64,000 nucleotides of DNA. Origin: Stegostoma tigrinum. Taxonomy: Eukaryota. Location: contig NC_081365.1 in the NCBI RefSeq assembly GCF_030684315.1, positions 39,330,985-39,394,984 of the forward strand, read 5' to 3'. This document shows, piece after piece, positions 51,545 to 64,000 of this stretch. The translations under genes and the position numbers were made by a program. Each line of letters begins with the position of its first letter. The stretch's first letter is position 1. The notes below the pieces were generated by a model. It saw only the letters and a program-made list of their open reading frames with translations, was not told where the DNA came from and searched no databases.

Positions 51545-54174
51545 GACGGGCGGTAGTTTAACCTGAGGGTCACCACACCTCAAACAAGGGGAGAGGTGGA
51601 GAAGGCAGGGAACATCAACTGGTGTGGGAATTTAACCTACGCTGTCACTGTCACTCTGCATCGCAAACCGGCCATCCAATCTAAGTGACCACCCTCTACT
51701 GGATAAACAATAGCAGAATTCCTATTTGTAAAGAAGAAATGATAAGGGCAGTTGTGCAAGAGCAACCTCAGTTGAACTGTACCAACTGGTTGAATTCTAG
51801 CTACAACTGTTATTTGTGGGTAATGACACGTCATGCAGTGCTGCATTTCGATAGGTAACTTGAACCCAGAGTTAAGTCTCAGTAGATTGAGATTCTGCAG
51901 AAAGAAGTTATGGTCTGTTTTGCATCTGAGGCGCTTGGACCTTTACAGTTAATTTACACTGCAGAAGCTGAAAGAGAGTTTGAAAATGGGTGGTATAAAT
52001 ACATCATAAATTAATTTAGAGGTGAAAATTGGCGTGCTCTTACAAACCCACTCAGCAATCACAGCACCTTTGTTGAGGAATGTACAATTGCATCAGAAAT
52101 CTAATATTTCCCACTTTTTCTGCTTCAGTTTCATAAATTGAATTTTCCAAGTAACAAGACCTAAATCGACAGCAATTAAGGTGTGATTTCACAAACTGTA
52201 CTTGTGTGTGAGAGAAAAATGATTCTACGAGCTAAAGTGCAATTGTCAAAGTGTAAAGTGAAACAGCTCACCATGTAGAGTGACAGTGCATGAATATTAG
52301 GAGATAACTTTATCCATGCTAAATATTATAATCAGAACTCATACCGCAAACATGGAATTAAAAGGAGAAACTACAGTTTCAACTGAGCTGTCTTTTTAAA
52401 TATCATTGCAATTCGAACTGTTCACAACACATGGAAAAAACATCATTGGTTCGTTGTTGATAATATGAGAAGTGTCCAGAAACCAAAGAACGTGCAAAGT
52501 GATAAAAAAACATGAAAAATAAGCTGGAACCCAAAATTAGAATCTGAATTGTTCATGGTTTGAAATTTTGTCAGAGAGTCAGGATGATCCCCTGGACAGT
52601 ACAGGGCTGAGCTGATAATGGGTGAAGTAATAGAGTAATGATAATATCCGTGGACCACTAATCCAGAGGCTCAAGCTAAAACTTTGGCAACATGGGTTCA
52701 AATCCCACATGGTAGCTGCAGGAATTCAAACAAACCTAAATCTTGAATTAAATGGTCAGTAGTGGTGGTCATTGTTCACTGTGATTACAAATCCATCTCG
52801 ATCACAAGTTTGCTTTAGGGCAGGAAATCTGCCATCCTTACCTAGTTTGGTCTACATTCTGTGACTCAGCAACGCTGCTGACCCTGCAATGGCCCAGCAA
52901 GACACCTATCCCTAGAAATGAAAACACAGGGATGTACTTTTTGGAGGGAGTCGTACTAGGAATCATCAGTACCTCCAGTCCCCTTAAGTCTAGTAGCACT
53001 GAGTCAAACATGGGCAAAGAAACCTTCTGCTTATTACCACGTAAGCTGCACAAACCCATCCCTACCTCACAGTCCTTGTGGAGAGAAAGTCCTGTCTTTG
53101 CTTTGAACGTATCCTCCATTATGTTCTGTGACAATACTACTTTAGTACAATATGAAAAGATGTCAAACAGATTTAACAGCTTAAACTGGGCATCAATGGC
53201 GTGCTGCTGGCCACCAGCAGCAAAGAATTACAGTTAACCTCAATCTGTAACCTCATGGCCCATCATATACCCAACTCTGCTATTGCCACCAAATCAGGGA
53301 ACCAACCCTGGATCAATGAAGAGTACAGGAAAGCATGCCAGGAGCAGCACCCAGTGATACTTAAAGGGGAGGGCTCACAAATGACTAAAAGAGCATGCAA
53401 CAACAAAAGTTAAGTGATCTTACAACTAATGGATGGGATCTAAGCTCTGCACACTGCACATCCAGTCATGAATGTGGTGGACAATTAAACAACTTTTGGA
53501 ATACTGCATTTAATTCTGGTCTCCCTGCTATAAGAAACATGCTAAACTTAAAAGGGTTCAGAAAAGATTTATAAGGATATTACCAGGTTTGGAGGGTTTG
53601 AGCTATAGGGAGAGGGTGAATAGGTTGGTGCTTTTTCCCCCTGGGGAATCAGAGGATGAGGGGTGACCTAATAGAGGTTTATAAAATCATGAGGGGCATG
53701 GATAGCCAAAGTTTGTTTCCTAGGATATGGGAGTCCAAAACTAGAGGGTATAGGAACTCTTTGACTCTACACTGAAAATTGGAGCAGGTTCCACAACTAT
53801 CCCCATCGTTAATGATGCAGCTCAACACATCAGTGCAATAGGTGATACTGAAACATTTGCATTCATATTCGGCCAAAAGTGCTGAGTAAGTGATCCATCT
53901 TGGGCTCCTGCAGAAGTCCCCAGTACTACAGATGCCAATCTTCAAACAATTCAGTTCTTGTGATATCAAGAAACAGCTGAAGGTACTGGAAACTGCTGAG
54001 ACCACAAGTTCTGACAACATTACACAAGTATTAAAAGCTGGTACTCCTCCACTTGCTGCAAACCTAGCCAGATTTTTCAGAACATCTACAACACTGGCAC
54101 CTACCCAGGAATGTGTTCACAAAATAAAAAACAGGACAAATCCTACCTGGTCAGTTCCAGCCCCAGCTGTCTAT

Positions 54175-54520
54175 CCATTAAAACGGAAACTAAAGGTCTC
54201 TCTACTTTATTCAACTTAAAGTGAACAGAAAATACAGCTTCCTCTGCTCTTTTAAACAGAAAGTAAATGTCTCTTGATACTGTCTCTGTCAAACACTCCC
54301 ATGACAAAGTCAGCACAGAGTTAGATGAAGAGTAAAACACCTTCTACTCTTTTAGTTAAATATCCACTCACTCTTTAAAACTTTAAAAGTAAAGGTACCT
54401 TGACACTGTCCCCATCAAACACTCCCAGGGCAGGAACAACACAGGGTTAGATACAAAATAAAGCTTTCTCACCAGTTTTAAATGAAAAGTAAAGCTACTT
54501 CTACTCTTTTTAAAAATGGA
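54175..54520 (+). repeat. Degenerate tandem repeat
   Basis: Two copies of ACTGTC..ATCAAACACTCCCA...GTTAGAT..A.AGTAAA interleaved with AAAG..CTCTACTCTTT blocks. Confidence 0.65.
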
Positions 54521-54549
54521 ACAGAAACTTATTAAATTAAAATAATGCC

Positions 54550-54840
54550 ACTGGGCTGATGCTGCAGCCTAGCCCCTGCAGTGTCCACTAGTTTCTAAAG
54601 GCCTCTGTAGTGTCGGTGAGCTCTTTCTTCTCCCTAGTAGGGATGTAACCAGGAAAGAGGGGCAGACAGTCAGGAACAACAAGCCTGTGCACGGCCCGTT
54701 GCCTGGACTTGATGATAGTCACCTTGGCCAAGGTCTGGAGCAGACCCATGTCCAGCACCCCCGACACTGTGTGCCCGTAGATCAAGAGTGTAGGACTCAA
54801 GTGCAACCAAAATTTAAGGAGCATCCCATTCAAAAAACCC
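54550..54840 (-). mobile_element. Tx1 (L1-clade) retrotransposon ORF2 C-terminal fragment
   Basis: LLKFWLHLSPTLLIYGH...LLQTLAKVTIIKSRQR...PLF matches the Tx1 FSP.L.IFG...LL.LAK..I.KSR pattern. Confidence 0.7.
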
Positions 54841-57800
54841 AAAAAAAGGGCCACAAGTGGAAATAAGGTATATATGAAATACCTTTTCCTCCAAATCATG
54901 AAGTTACTTAATGTCTGATGGCTCAGGACTGCTGCATGCAGTACTGTCCACCCCCAGTGTGAATGCCCATGGCTCTCCCTCTTAATCAAGGCTCAGTTCT
55001 TAAAACCAACAAAATAGTCCTAAAACCTGTCTACCAAACAGAGTTCTTGCAGATAGTGGTCCTCCCTAGGTATTCTCCCACACATATCTGGTGTGGATCA
55101 GATTTGAACCCGGGCCTCCTGGTCTGGAAGTAGGGGCATAACCTCTGCTCCACGATGTCATCTTTCCAACTGCGTCTGCTTCATCATCAGAAAGGTGATG
55201 GAAAGGGTCAACAACAGCTCTTTCAAGCAGCACTTGCTCAGCAATAACCTGCTCCTAACCTCATTCCAGACTAACATGAATTATGTCACTGAGTGACCCA
55301 ATATCAACATCCTCAGGGGCTTACTACAGACCAGAAACTGAACTTGGTCAGCAATATAAACACTGTGGCTACAAGAGCACATCAAAGTCTAGAGAATCCA
55401 TGTTAACTCACTTCCTGTCTCCCCAAAGCCTGCCCACCATTTACAAGGCACAAGTCAACAGTGTGATGGAATTCTCTTCATTTTCGTGGACGTGTGCAGA
55501 AACAGCACTCAAGCAGCTCAAGACCATCCAAGGCAAAGAGCTCATTTGACTGGCATCTCATACATCACCTTCAACATTGACTTCCCCCTCCGTCACCAAT
55601 GCTCAGGGAAGCATCCCTACAATATGCACTGCAGCAACTCACCAAAGCTTCTTTGACAAAACCAAACTCATGAACCCGACCACTTAGATGTGGTAGCAGC
55701 AAATGAACTGGAGCGTTATGACCCACAAGATCCTCTTCAAACCAGGTATAATTCTGACATGGGACTATTTCAACGTTCCTGCACAGTCGTTGGGTCAAAA
55801 TCCTGGACCTCCTTTCCTAACAGCACTGTGGATGTACCTACCTCCCCATGAAATGTAGTGATTCAAAACGCACCTTCTCAAGGACAGTTAGAAATGGACG
55901 ATAAATGTTGGCCCTACCTGAAGATCTATGATCCCTCTAAATTTTCCTGCCACTGCATGGAACTCTGAGGTCGATGCACGGGTACAGCTTCCGAAACTGG
56001 AGATCAACATCAGACCAACCCAGCTGGAACATTGCCAATGATGGCCACATCCCCATTGACAAATGACTATTAAAAATAGAGTCAGGGTGAATCTGAGCAG
56101 GGTCCAAGGAGATGCAAGCATATAAATTAGTTGGGATGAGCATGAGCAGAATACATACATTAGCGTTTATTTGTGGTTAAACCTCTGCCAGCAGTTTCAG
56201 TTATTCTCTGAATATGGACTCAAGGAAAATAATAACAGTGACCATTTTCACATATTTTCTACAAGAATTCTATGTGGAAATTTTCATCAAAAAGTGACTG
56301 AAACAATGGAGATGTATCGATGTCCAAGCAACTCCCTTGAACAGCACTAACTTTATTCCCTTTTTCTAAGCTACAGCCATCAATGCAGCTGCTTGACCAA
56401 AACAAAACCCAGTAGCAAAGGATGCACTGAGAATCCTTTCTGGGCACACGCGTATTTACTGGCATATGCAGTCAATACTTGGTGACTGGTTATTGCTTAC
56501 AACAGGACTGAAGTCATTCTTCATCCTGCAATGTCCCAAGCAAGACAGAACAAAAGATTCATCACAGGAACTGATTTTAAAAATACATCAAGCATACTCT
56601 TCAGAGTTACTTTTTGAAATAAACAAATAAATCAGCATGCAAAAATTGAATATTCCCAGTTTGTGCTTCCATAAGTAAAAATATTCTCACCTACTGGGCT
56701 CTCTTGTTGGAAATCATTTTTTAAACTTAATTCTAGCTTTTCCTGAAATTGTTGTTCCTGGTGGAGGGGTCTAGTTCCAAGCTTCTTACAGGTTTACAAT
56801 TGCACATTAATGTCAAGGTTCTTCAACAGACAGTTTATTGACATCAAAGTGCAGTCCAATCATGCTCTGCACATTCCAGCAGATATGTATTGTGTCACAA
56901 TCCTGGATGTTCACCAGATTTGGAGATGTCCACCTCTTCTCACTTTCACCTCCCCTGAAGGCTTAGTTCTTTGCTGACCTGTAGCTGGGATCAGCTAACT
57001 CAAGAAAGACTGAAAGGAGATCCTGATCATCATCCGGATGAGTTAGGGCTTTGAACAGTTCAGTAACAAATTTGTCTTCTTCCAGATGCACCATGCCCTA
57101 TGATGCCCACTTGTGTACCTTGACTCTCGCCACTGGCAGAAGTGCTCGCTATTCATGTCATTCTGTAACTGTGAATAATCAACCCAACATTTTAGGGCAA
57201 TCGTTGATGAAGCAAGTAGTTAAACAACCGAACGGGAGTAATTGATTACTGAATTGACTGGATCGATTTTATCAATATATTGTAACAGAAGTAGTCCTGT
57301 GGTGTAGTGGTCATGCTCCTACCTATGGTCCAGAGGTTCTGATTTCAAGTTCCACCCGACTCATAGTTGTATCATGTCAGAACAGAGTGATTTAAAATAT
57401 CTCTTGGAAAAGAGAACAATCGAGGCCAACGTGTGGAAGGAGCAGTAAAACTGTACACTTGATAAACTCAATGTGTCATGGTTTCTCTCTCATGGATGAT
57501 ATTCCATCAGAACATCATTGAGTCTGTCATATAAAGTGTCTGTATGCTGCAGCCATACAGGAGATTGTCTCATAAACTTTCAAGTTAATGGTGATAGATT
57601 GGAAAAAGGGGAGATGCAACAAAACCTTTCAGTCACTGAAAGTAAGTGTCATGGTTGGGTGATCACCAAAGCACTTCCTTCCTCTCTCAATTTAAATCTT
57701 GCATCCTTGAATCACATGATTCCTGGACTCCTGAAACAGCATTCAGGTTAATTGGTCTAACACACAGGGTTTCACAACAGCATGGGTATGATATTCACAG

Positions 57801-57909
57801 TAACCGTCGCAACTTGGGAAATCTTTCATCCTGTATGAATCCACACCAATTGTAAAATTTATTCTATTATGTTAGTTGGGAATATGATTCTGCCAAGTTG
57901 TACAAGTCC

Positions 57910-58390
57910 TGAACAAAGAAAACTAAAGAACTGTGAATGCTGCCAATTAGAAACAAAAACAGAAATTGCAGAGAAAACGCAGCAGATCTGGCAGTATCTG
58001 TGGACAGCAAGCAGTGTTAACATGTTGGATCCAGTGACCCTTCTTTAGAATTGATTGTGGCTAAGAAAAGCTTGGTATATATGCTGAAGATGGGGTGGGG
58101 GAAGTAGGGAGGAGTAAATGATGGGCCAAGATGAAGCCCAAAGTGAGAGAAAACAACTATTAGATGGACAAAGGAGTGCATAAAGGTCAGTCTGGCAGAA
58201 CGAATAGCTACTCGTGGAGACTATTAGTAGCTAACAATGGAATGGTTGTGGTAAGAGGCCATGTGAAGACAAGGCCTGGAGTGTGGGGTAAGGACTTCGG
58301 AGAAGGTGCTTTTGAACTCAACATTGAGTCCCAAAGGCTGCAGGGTTCCAAGCAGAAATGAGATGCTTTTCTTCCAGCTTGTACTGAGCT
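57910..58390 (-). mobile_element. Decayed PLE 3' fragment
   Basis: Colinear with 375-850; SFLLGTLQPLGLNVEF peptide. Confidence 0.7.
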
Positions 58391-58625
58391 TGAAGACAGG
58401 GGAAGTATTCATGTTTGGTGTGAAGAACAAGCTTGACAGATCAAACATTCTTTCACGTTCATATTTTCATGCTTTCGGAAACTTAATTTCAAAATCTGTA
58501 GAGGCTGCAGCCATTTCGTAAATGAATAACTTTAGTCTGACTGTTCAGTATTGTTGGTAGAAGTTCACCAGCCATCATGTCTGTAATGTACGGGTGCTCT
58601 GGGTGAATGGTAGAAGCATGGTAGA

Positions 58626-58933
58626 GCGGCACGGTGCCTCAGTGGTTAGCACTGCAGCCTCACAGCACCAGGGACCCGGGTTCGATTCCAGCCTCAGGTG
58701 ACTGTGTGGAGTTTGCACATTCTCTCCATGTCTGCGTGGGTTTCCTCCGGGTGCTCCGGTTTCCTCCCACAGTCCAAAGATGTGCAGAGTAGGTGGATCA
58801 GCCATGCTAAATTACCCATAGTGTTCAGGGGTGTGTGGGTTATAGGGGAATGGGTCTGGGTGGGGTGCTTCAAGGGGCGATGTAGACTTGTTGGGCCGAA
58901 GGGCTTGTTTCCACACTGTAGGGAATCTAATCT
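58626..58933 (+). mobile_element. HE1-type V-SINE
   Basis: Full-length copy. Confidence 0.88.
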
Positions 58934-61374
58934 GAGTGTTACACTTCTTTGCACAAGCAGCTAGAGTGCCAAACAACTGATTCAAATCAGCTTGTCAGAG
59001 AGAGTGTGTATTTGCTTCATGACACCCATGTCACATGCATCTTGGCAAGTAACTTTTAAAAGGATGGCTAGTTTCATAGCAACAAAAAGTTATTTTTTTT
59101 AAGAAAATGTAAAAATATGGGGCTGGGAAAAGCAGGTGTTTGAAGAGCACAGGTTAGTTCCAACTTGGCCGGTCTACACACCCCTCCAGTACAACATCCC
59201 AATTGGTCAGATGATTCTGTCAGAAAGTCTATTGCAGAATGCTTCATCACCAGAAATTTCCAAAAGTACAATATGTACCTTGATTGGTGGGAAGAAAGAT
59301 CCTCCCCATCAGATCATTTTTGCATACGTAGATTCTCAGGGCCTCTAATTGTCACACAAGGTGTTTTGCTGGGAAAGGTGGGTTATCTATCTCCTGCTGA
59401 CATGTGCTTTTGCAAAGCAGGTCTGTAAAGAGACATAACGGTTTTGTTCATCCTGAGCATCTCTGTGCTCTATGGGCTGTTCATAGGGATATACAGTGAA
59501 AAAATCATCAACTGTGACTGAAGGACCATTGTGAAAGATGTCTTTTGGTCTTCCAGTACAAAAATATTATCCAGCACCAAGGGGTTTTGCAAAGTTTCCA
59601 GACTGTCAGTACACTGTTGGAGGTGGACCTTGGATTGCATTCCTCACCACACAGCCATAGACCTCGAGATATGCTGGTTTATGTAATTTATTCATGGATA
59701 ACTCTTTGTAGTGCAAAACTGGCAAGTTTCAGACAGGGCTGGCCAGTCACTCATCCAGCTGATTTTCCTTTTATTTTTGTAAACGATTTATTCATAAAAG
59801 TACATTACTTAAATGTTCACCATTGACATTATTTAGGGTACAAACCAATTCAATTTATTCCAATTCTACATATTACTACACTTACAATTACAGACTGAAG
59901 GATTTCCATCCCCCAGTTTTTGGCCTCTCAGCATGTAGTCGTGAACCAGGGAATGTGCTAGTCTGCAACTTCAACAGTGCCCTAAGAGACTGGAAACTGT
60001 GCAAAATCTCTGGAACAATATCTTTAATATTGGATGTCTTATGCAAATATCACACAACTGCAATTGTAGTGAGGCACCTCACTTGAACCACATCTTGTAC
60101 AGAAAAGACTTGAATTACATTGCATTTTCAACAATGCTCAATCTGCAGAGTCATGGAATGTAATCTAAAATTTATGGTTTGTAGTACATTTTTGGAAAAA
60201 AAATTGAATAAGTCATTTCACCAACTATCCTACACTGAGGCACTGGAGCTAGTGTAAAAAGCCTCAATCCACTTAAACAAGCGAATGTTTGAAATTAAAT
60301 ACAAGTCTTAAATACAGTTTGTAATTGTAAATGTGGCAAATGCCACATCATGAAGAAAATTAATATGTACTGCAATCAACTAAACATATTATTCAAACTG
60401 TTCTGCACTTCTCCAAAATTTTATGACTGAAACATGTTTTTAAATAAACAAAAATGTTTATAGCTATCTCACCAACTGTTACCTCAGGACACGTAGCAAG
60501 TATCCCCGGTATAATTTAAGTACCTCAATGTTACTACCCATGCTAGTACTCATGCATGCTAGTATTATCATGGCAACAGTCAACTGCAACCTCAATGTTT
60601 TTGCGTAAGCAGATGGACAGCAAGTTGTAGTAAGGATACTCTTAACACTGAAAATTTCCATGGTTCTGTACAGAGGACTAAGGAAACAAAATGAGTGAAA
60701 CAAGTAAGGCATATAAAAATAGAGGAAAAGAAAGCTTTGATTTCATTCTGTTTACATAGCATTCCACTTGGACAGGTTCTTCACATCCTAAATCAAAAAC
60801 ATGTTCGACCCAACATCATATTTAAAAGTTCCATTTTGCAATCCTTACTGCACAGACGTTATTTATGTGGTGGAAGGCAGGAGAAATACAATCTGAAAAA
60901 TTATATGCATGGGAGTGGGAGCAAGTGATTTGCATCAATGCTACTTGGGTTTGTGGAATATACCTTTGTTGTGAAGGTATTGGAAATTCCCAGAAGTTCT
61001 CAGCCAAGAATGTACTGAGAAAAAATAATACAGGTTAGTGAAGTGTTAAAATAAATAAAGAAAATAAAAGGTAATGGAAATGGGAGAGGGGAAGAGCAGG
61101 AGTTTCAGTCACCAAGTGGTAACTATTTGAAAATGTGCACATTTTCTGTTCAGAATACTGCTGCAATACTATTGTTTTGGTCATTAAACCTTAATAATCA
61201 ACATTAAAAATGTATAGAAAACATCAATTTTAATAATATTATTGGTTAGAAAATGTGCATGTTACATGAGCCATGAACTGAATTTTTAAAAGGATCTAGC
61301 TCAACCTCCTGATAGTCTTTCTTCATTAACAAAGAAGTTTAAAAACTTCAGAAAAAAAAACTGTATCTTCTCTG

Positions 61375-61650
61375 GCCTGCTGCAGATTGGCGAAATGCAG
61401 CTCATTAGACTGAGATGGTCCATTTGCATATTTTATTTTTAATCAGACCATCTGTTCGAAGTTGGTGCGACTTGAGTAATTATGATGGAGAAATGGAATA
61501 TCTCATCATAGCTTTCCGAACCTCGTCAAAGCCTCCAGGCGGATGGGCAGAGTTTAGCGATATAGACCAGTGCGTTTTACAATCTCGCCTGAAAGCCAGA
61601 AACCAATTAAAAGCTCTCCTGATACGCCCAGTGCTGTGCAGCAGCAGGTT
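61375..61650. promoter_or_regulatory. Candidate constrained non-coding element (enhancer-like)
   Basis: About 10 CpGs in ~240 bp against a CpG-depleted background; octamer ATTTGCAT at 61422-61429; TAATTA, CTCATTA and CCAATTA homeodomain-type words; no repeat similarity noticed. Confidence 0.35.
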
Positions 61651-63844
61651 AACAGGAGTGATGGTGGGATTTTTAGATGAATACATTGAATAACTTTAAT
61701 TTGACTGTGCACAAGTGCTAGGGATCCCAGTTACTGAACAAACTCATCCTTGACATTTGCTGTTGTAAAAATTATAGAAGTTGGAGCCTGAAGGAATTCT
61801 CATGAATTCACTAAATCACTACCAAATTTCTGATTTCACAAGCCTGTCAATGATCATTCATTTGAATATTGAAAACTGTTATTTTTCTGATATTTGTTGC
61901 AGTTATGATGTATCAGAAGCTTGTCATTGAACTGAAACAATCTTTATATTTAAGTTTGCATCATGGATGGTGCTAAAGTGTACATGTGCTGGTGATCCTG
62001 CAGCATTGCCAACTGTTAACAAGTTCAGCACAGACACTAAAATAATTCTTTTGAAAACTTAGAGCTTTATGTGGAAGCCTGCTGTTCTCTTGTACATTTA
62101 GCAGTAAGATAAAAGTGGATACTTCACTCAGAATATCACAGGGCCAGCATTCCTTGCTGGCCTGTGCCCAAACTCACAGCAAGCAAAGCAGTTGATGTGT
62201 GCTCAATCAGACCATTCCTGAGTGCATATACTGTTCCTCCACCAGACTAGAGCAGCCTCTGTGCTCTATTTACATGATATCTTGTAATTGGGCAAAAGCT
62301 CAGTCTCCAGAGGAAGCAGATTCATGCACATGAATTAGTATAGCAGACCTGAAGCAGATTAAAGGCACATTGCTGTTCTGCCTCACTGTTGTCAAGATGG
62401 GTTAGATTCAACATCACCACTTCTGTTTCTTGAATATTGCTGAACAGAGATATGTTGCTGAAGCTTTATGTGATGCACTCTTCAAGACAGGTGCAGTAAT
62501 GTCAAATTTCAAATGATCACAGCAATTTACATCACAGAAGAAAAGGGTGCTGGTTAGTAGCAAGATGATTCCGATTTACTAAAACATTGCCACGCAGCAA
62601 GCGACAGGGGAGCTCTCGGCTCTCCAGGCTTATGGGTAATTCAAAGAAGGCACAAAGCTTGAACACATTCTTTTTGTTTGCAGTCCAAATCAAATGATGA
62701 GCATCAGGCAAAAACCTTCAGCAAAGTATCTATCTTCCACAAGATTCAAGTTTTGTACCACAAAGTTACTAGTTCTGGTTCTGTCTAGCTATATTTGATC
62801 TGATTTTACTGTCTTACAACATTTGGCCTTATCAGTTGTGTTATCTGGTTCAAGTTACCCTTGGGTTGTTACTGAGTTCAAATTAGTCACCATACTTTGC
62901 CACATAATAAGACCATACACATCAAGAACACTTCAAAGGGCATTATGAGATCACAAAAGACACTTCAGAAGCACAAGGCTTTTTTTGCCCCCTCTCTTGT
63001 AGTGAATTAGCTGGTTATATCAAGCAATATTTGAGGAAGATGTGGATGCCCTGCTTTCAAAGGCAATTACTAATAAGCACCTGCTTCAGGAAGTCTAGGG
63101 AAGAAAAGTGGTGATGGTTCTTTGACTGCAGCCTGGGTATTTGGCAGCCCTTTCGTATGATAAGGCGATTATCATCAGAATGACTCTTCAAGATATAAGG
63201 CATTAGTTGGGTTGAAACTCACCTGGGCTGCCGTAATATGCTGCCTTATTGCTAAAATGCTCTCATTTTCTCCCCTAGCATCCAAAACTGAAATGGATTA
63301 TACTCCTCCATTATTGCTTCCTTCCTGACTAACAGGTGGACTTAATGAATTCCTTCGGATTTATCTTGTTTTCTCTTTTGCTATTTCAAACCTTTAAGGT
63401 ATCCTGCAATTATAAAAGATATTCAAAAGAAAACTAAAAGCAAATCAGCAGTAAATGAGGCAAATGGAAAACAGAAAAGGACCTACAAAAAAAAAGCCAA
63501 GTTACTAATAGCTAACATTTGTTACACTGACTTTGAGTGTGTAACTTTTCACTAGAAAAGAAAACTGGAAAGGGGAAGGAGAAGGCCAAAGAGGTAGGGA
63601 ATCAATGGAGATTTCTATCATGTGAGTGAAACTGCCTGCTAATTGATGAATAGGTGCCTATTAGATAAGGTCACCATTCAGGTGAGTCAAATACATATAA
63701 ATGACTAAACAACATTTAAATCAGGGTGAGAAGATTTGTGATTGGTCTAAGCAAAGAAAGTCAGAGGAAAAGGCAGGAAAATTAAAACAGTCATCGGAAT
63801 TTTAAGCAGAAAATATTGGCAAAATGCGTAAGGTCAACCAATCC

Positions 63845-63940
63845 TATGAAGAAAGGGTCTAGGCACGAAACAACAGCTTTTGTGCTCCTGAGATGCTGCT
63901 TGGCCTGCTGTGTTCATCCAGCTCCACACTTTGTTATCTT
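63845..63940 (+). mobile_element. PLE pLTR end fragment beginning at the hammerhead core
   Basis: ATGAAGAAAGGGTCTAGGCACGAAAC...CTTTGTTATCTT. Another CTGATGAAGGG begins at ~63984 and runs off the window. Confidence 0.75.
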
Positions 63941-64000
63941 AGCTCAAAAAAACTGTTGGCATAGGGTCTTGCCTTCACAATTTCTGATGAAGGGTTTATT

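Noticed and set aside
50100-63270. Candidate leader-exon donor sites at ~50107, 52271, 56690, 60482 and 63222
   Set aside because: None gives an open phase-1 ATG-initiated hydrophobic signal peptide.
1-64000. CRISPR arrays, operons or other prokaryotic systems; remaining short ORFs
   Set aside because: Sequence is vertebrate. No repeat-spacer arrays are present, and the short ORFs are TE fragments or chance frames.

Overview
Eukaryotic, AT-rich, repeat-dense DNA. The repeat content (HE1-type V-SINEs, CR1/HER1-type LINE tails, abundant Penelope-like elements) points to a shark or other elasmobranch. Only one host coding exon is recognisable: a 378-bp minus-strand, phase 1-1 exon (46902-47279) encoding the first V-type Ig domain of an IGSF3-like EWI-family protein, so most of the window is probably intronic. 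The rest is decayed retroelements: Neptune- and Poseidon-type Penelope-like elements (PLEs), CR1-group, RTE, L2 and Tx1 LINE fragments, at least three SINE families, solo LTRs, a tRNA-Phe pseudogene and a (GT)n tract. The most notable pattern is about 15 minimal hammerhead-ribozyme-like cores in PLE 3' ends. Several sit in ~200-230 bp palindromic mini-insertions with 13-15 bp target-site duplications (TSDs) whose inversion centre lies at the 5' edge of the hammerhead core. Repeat boundaries were read by eye and are approximate unless a TSD or splice site is quoted.
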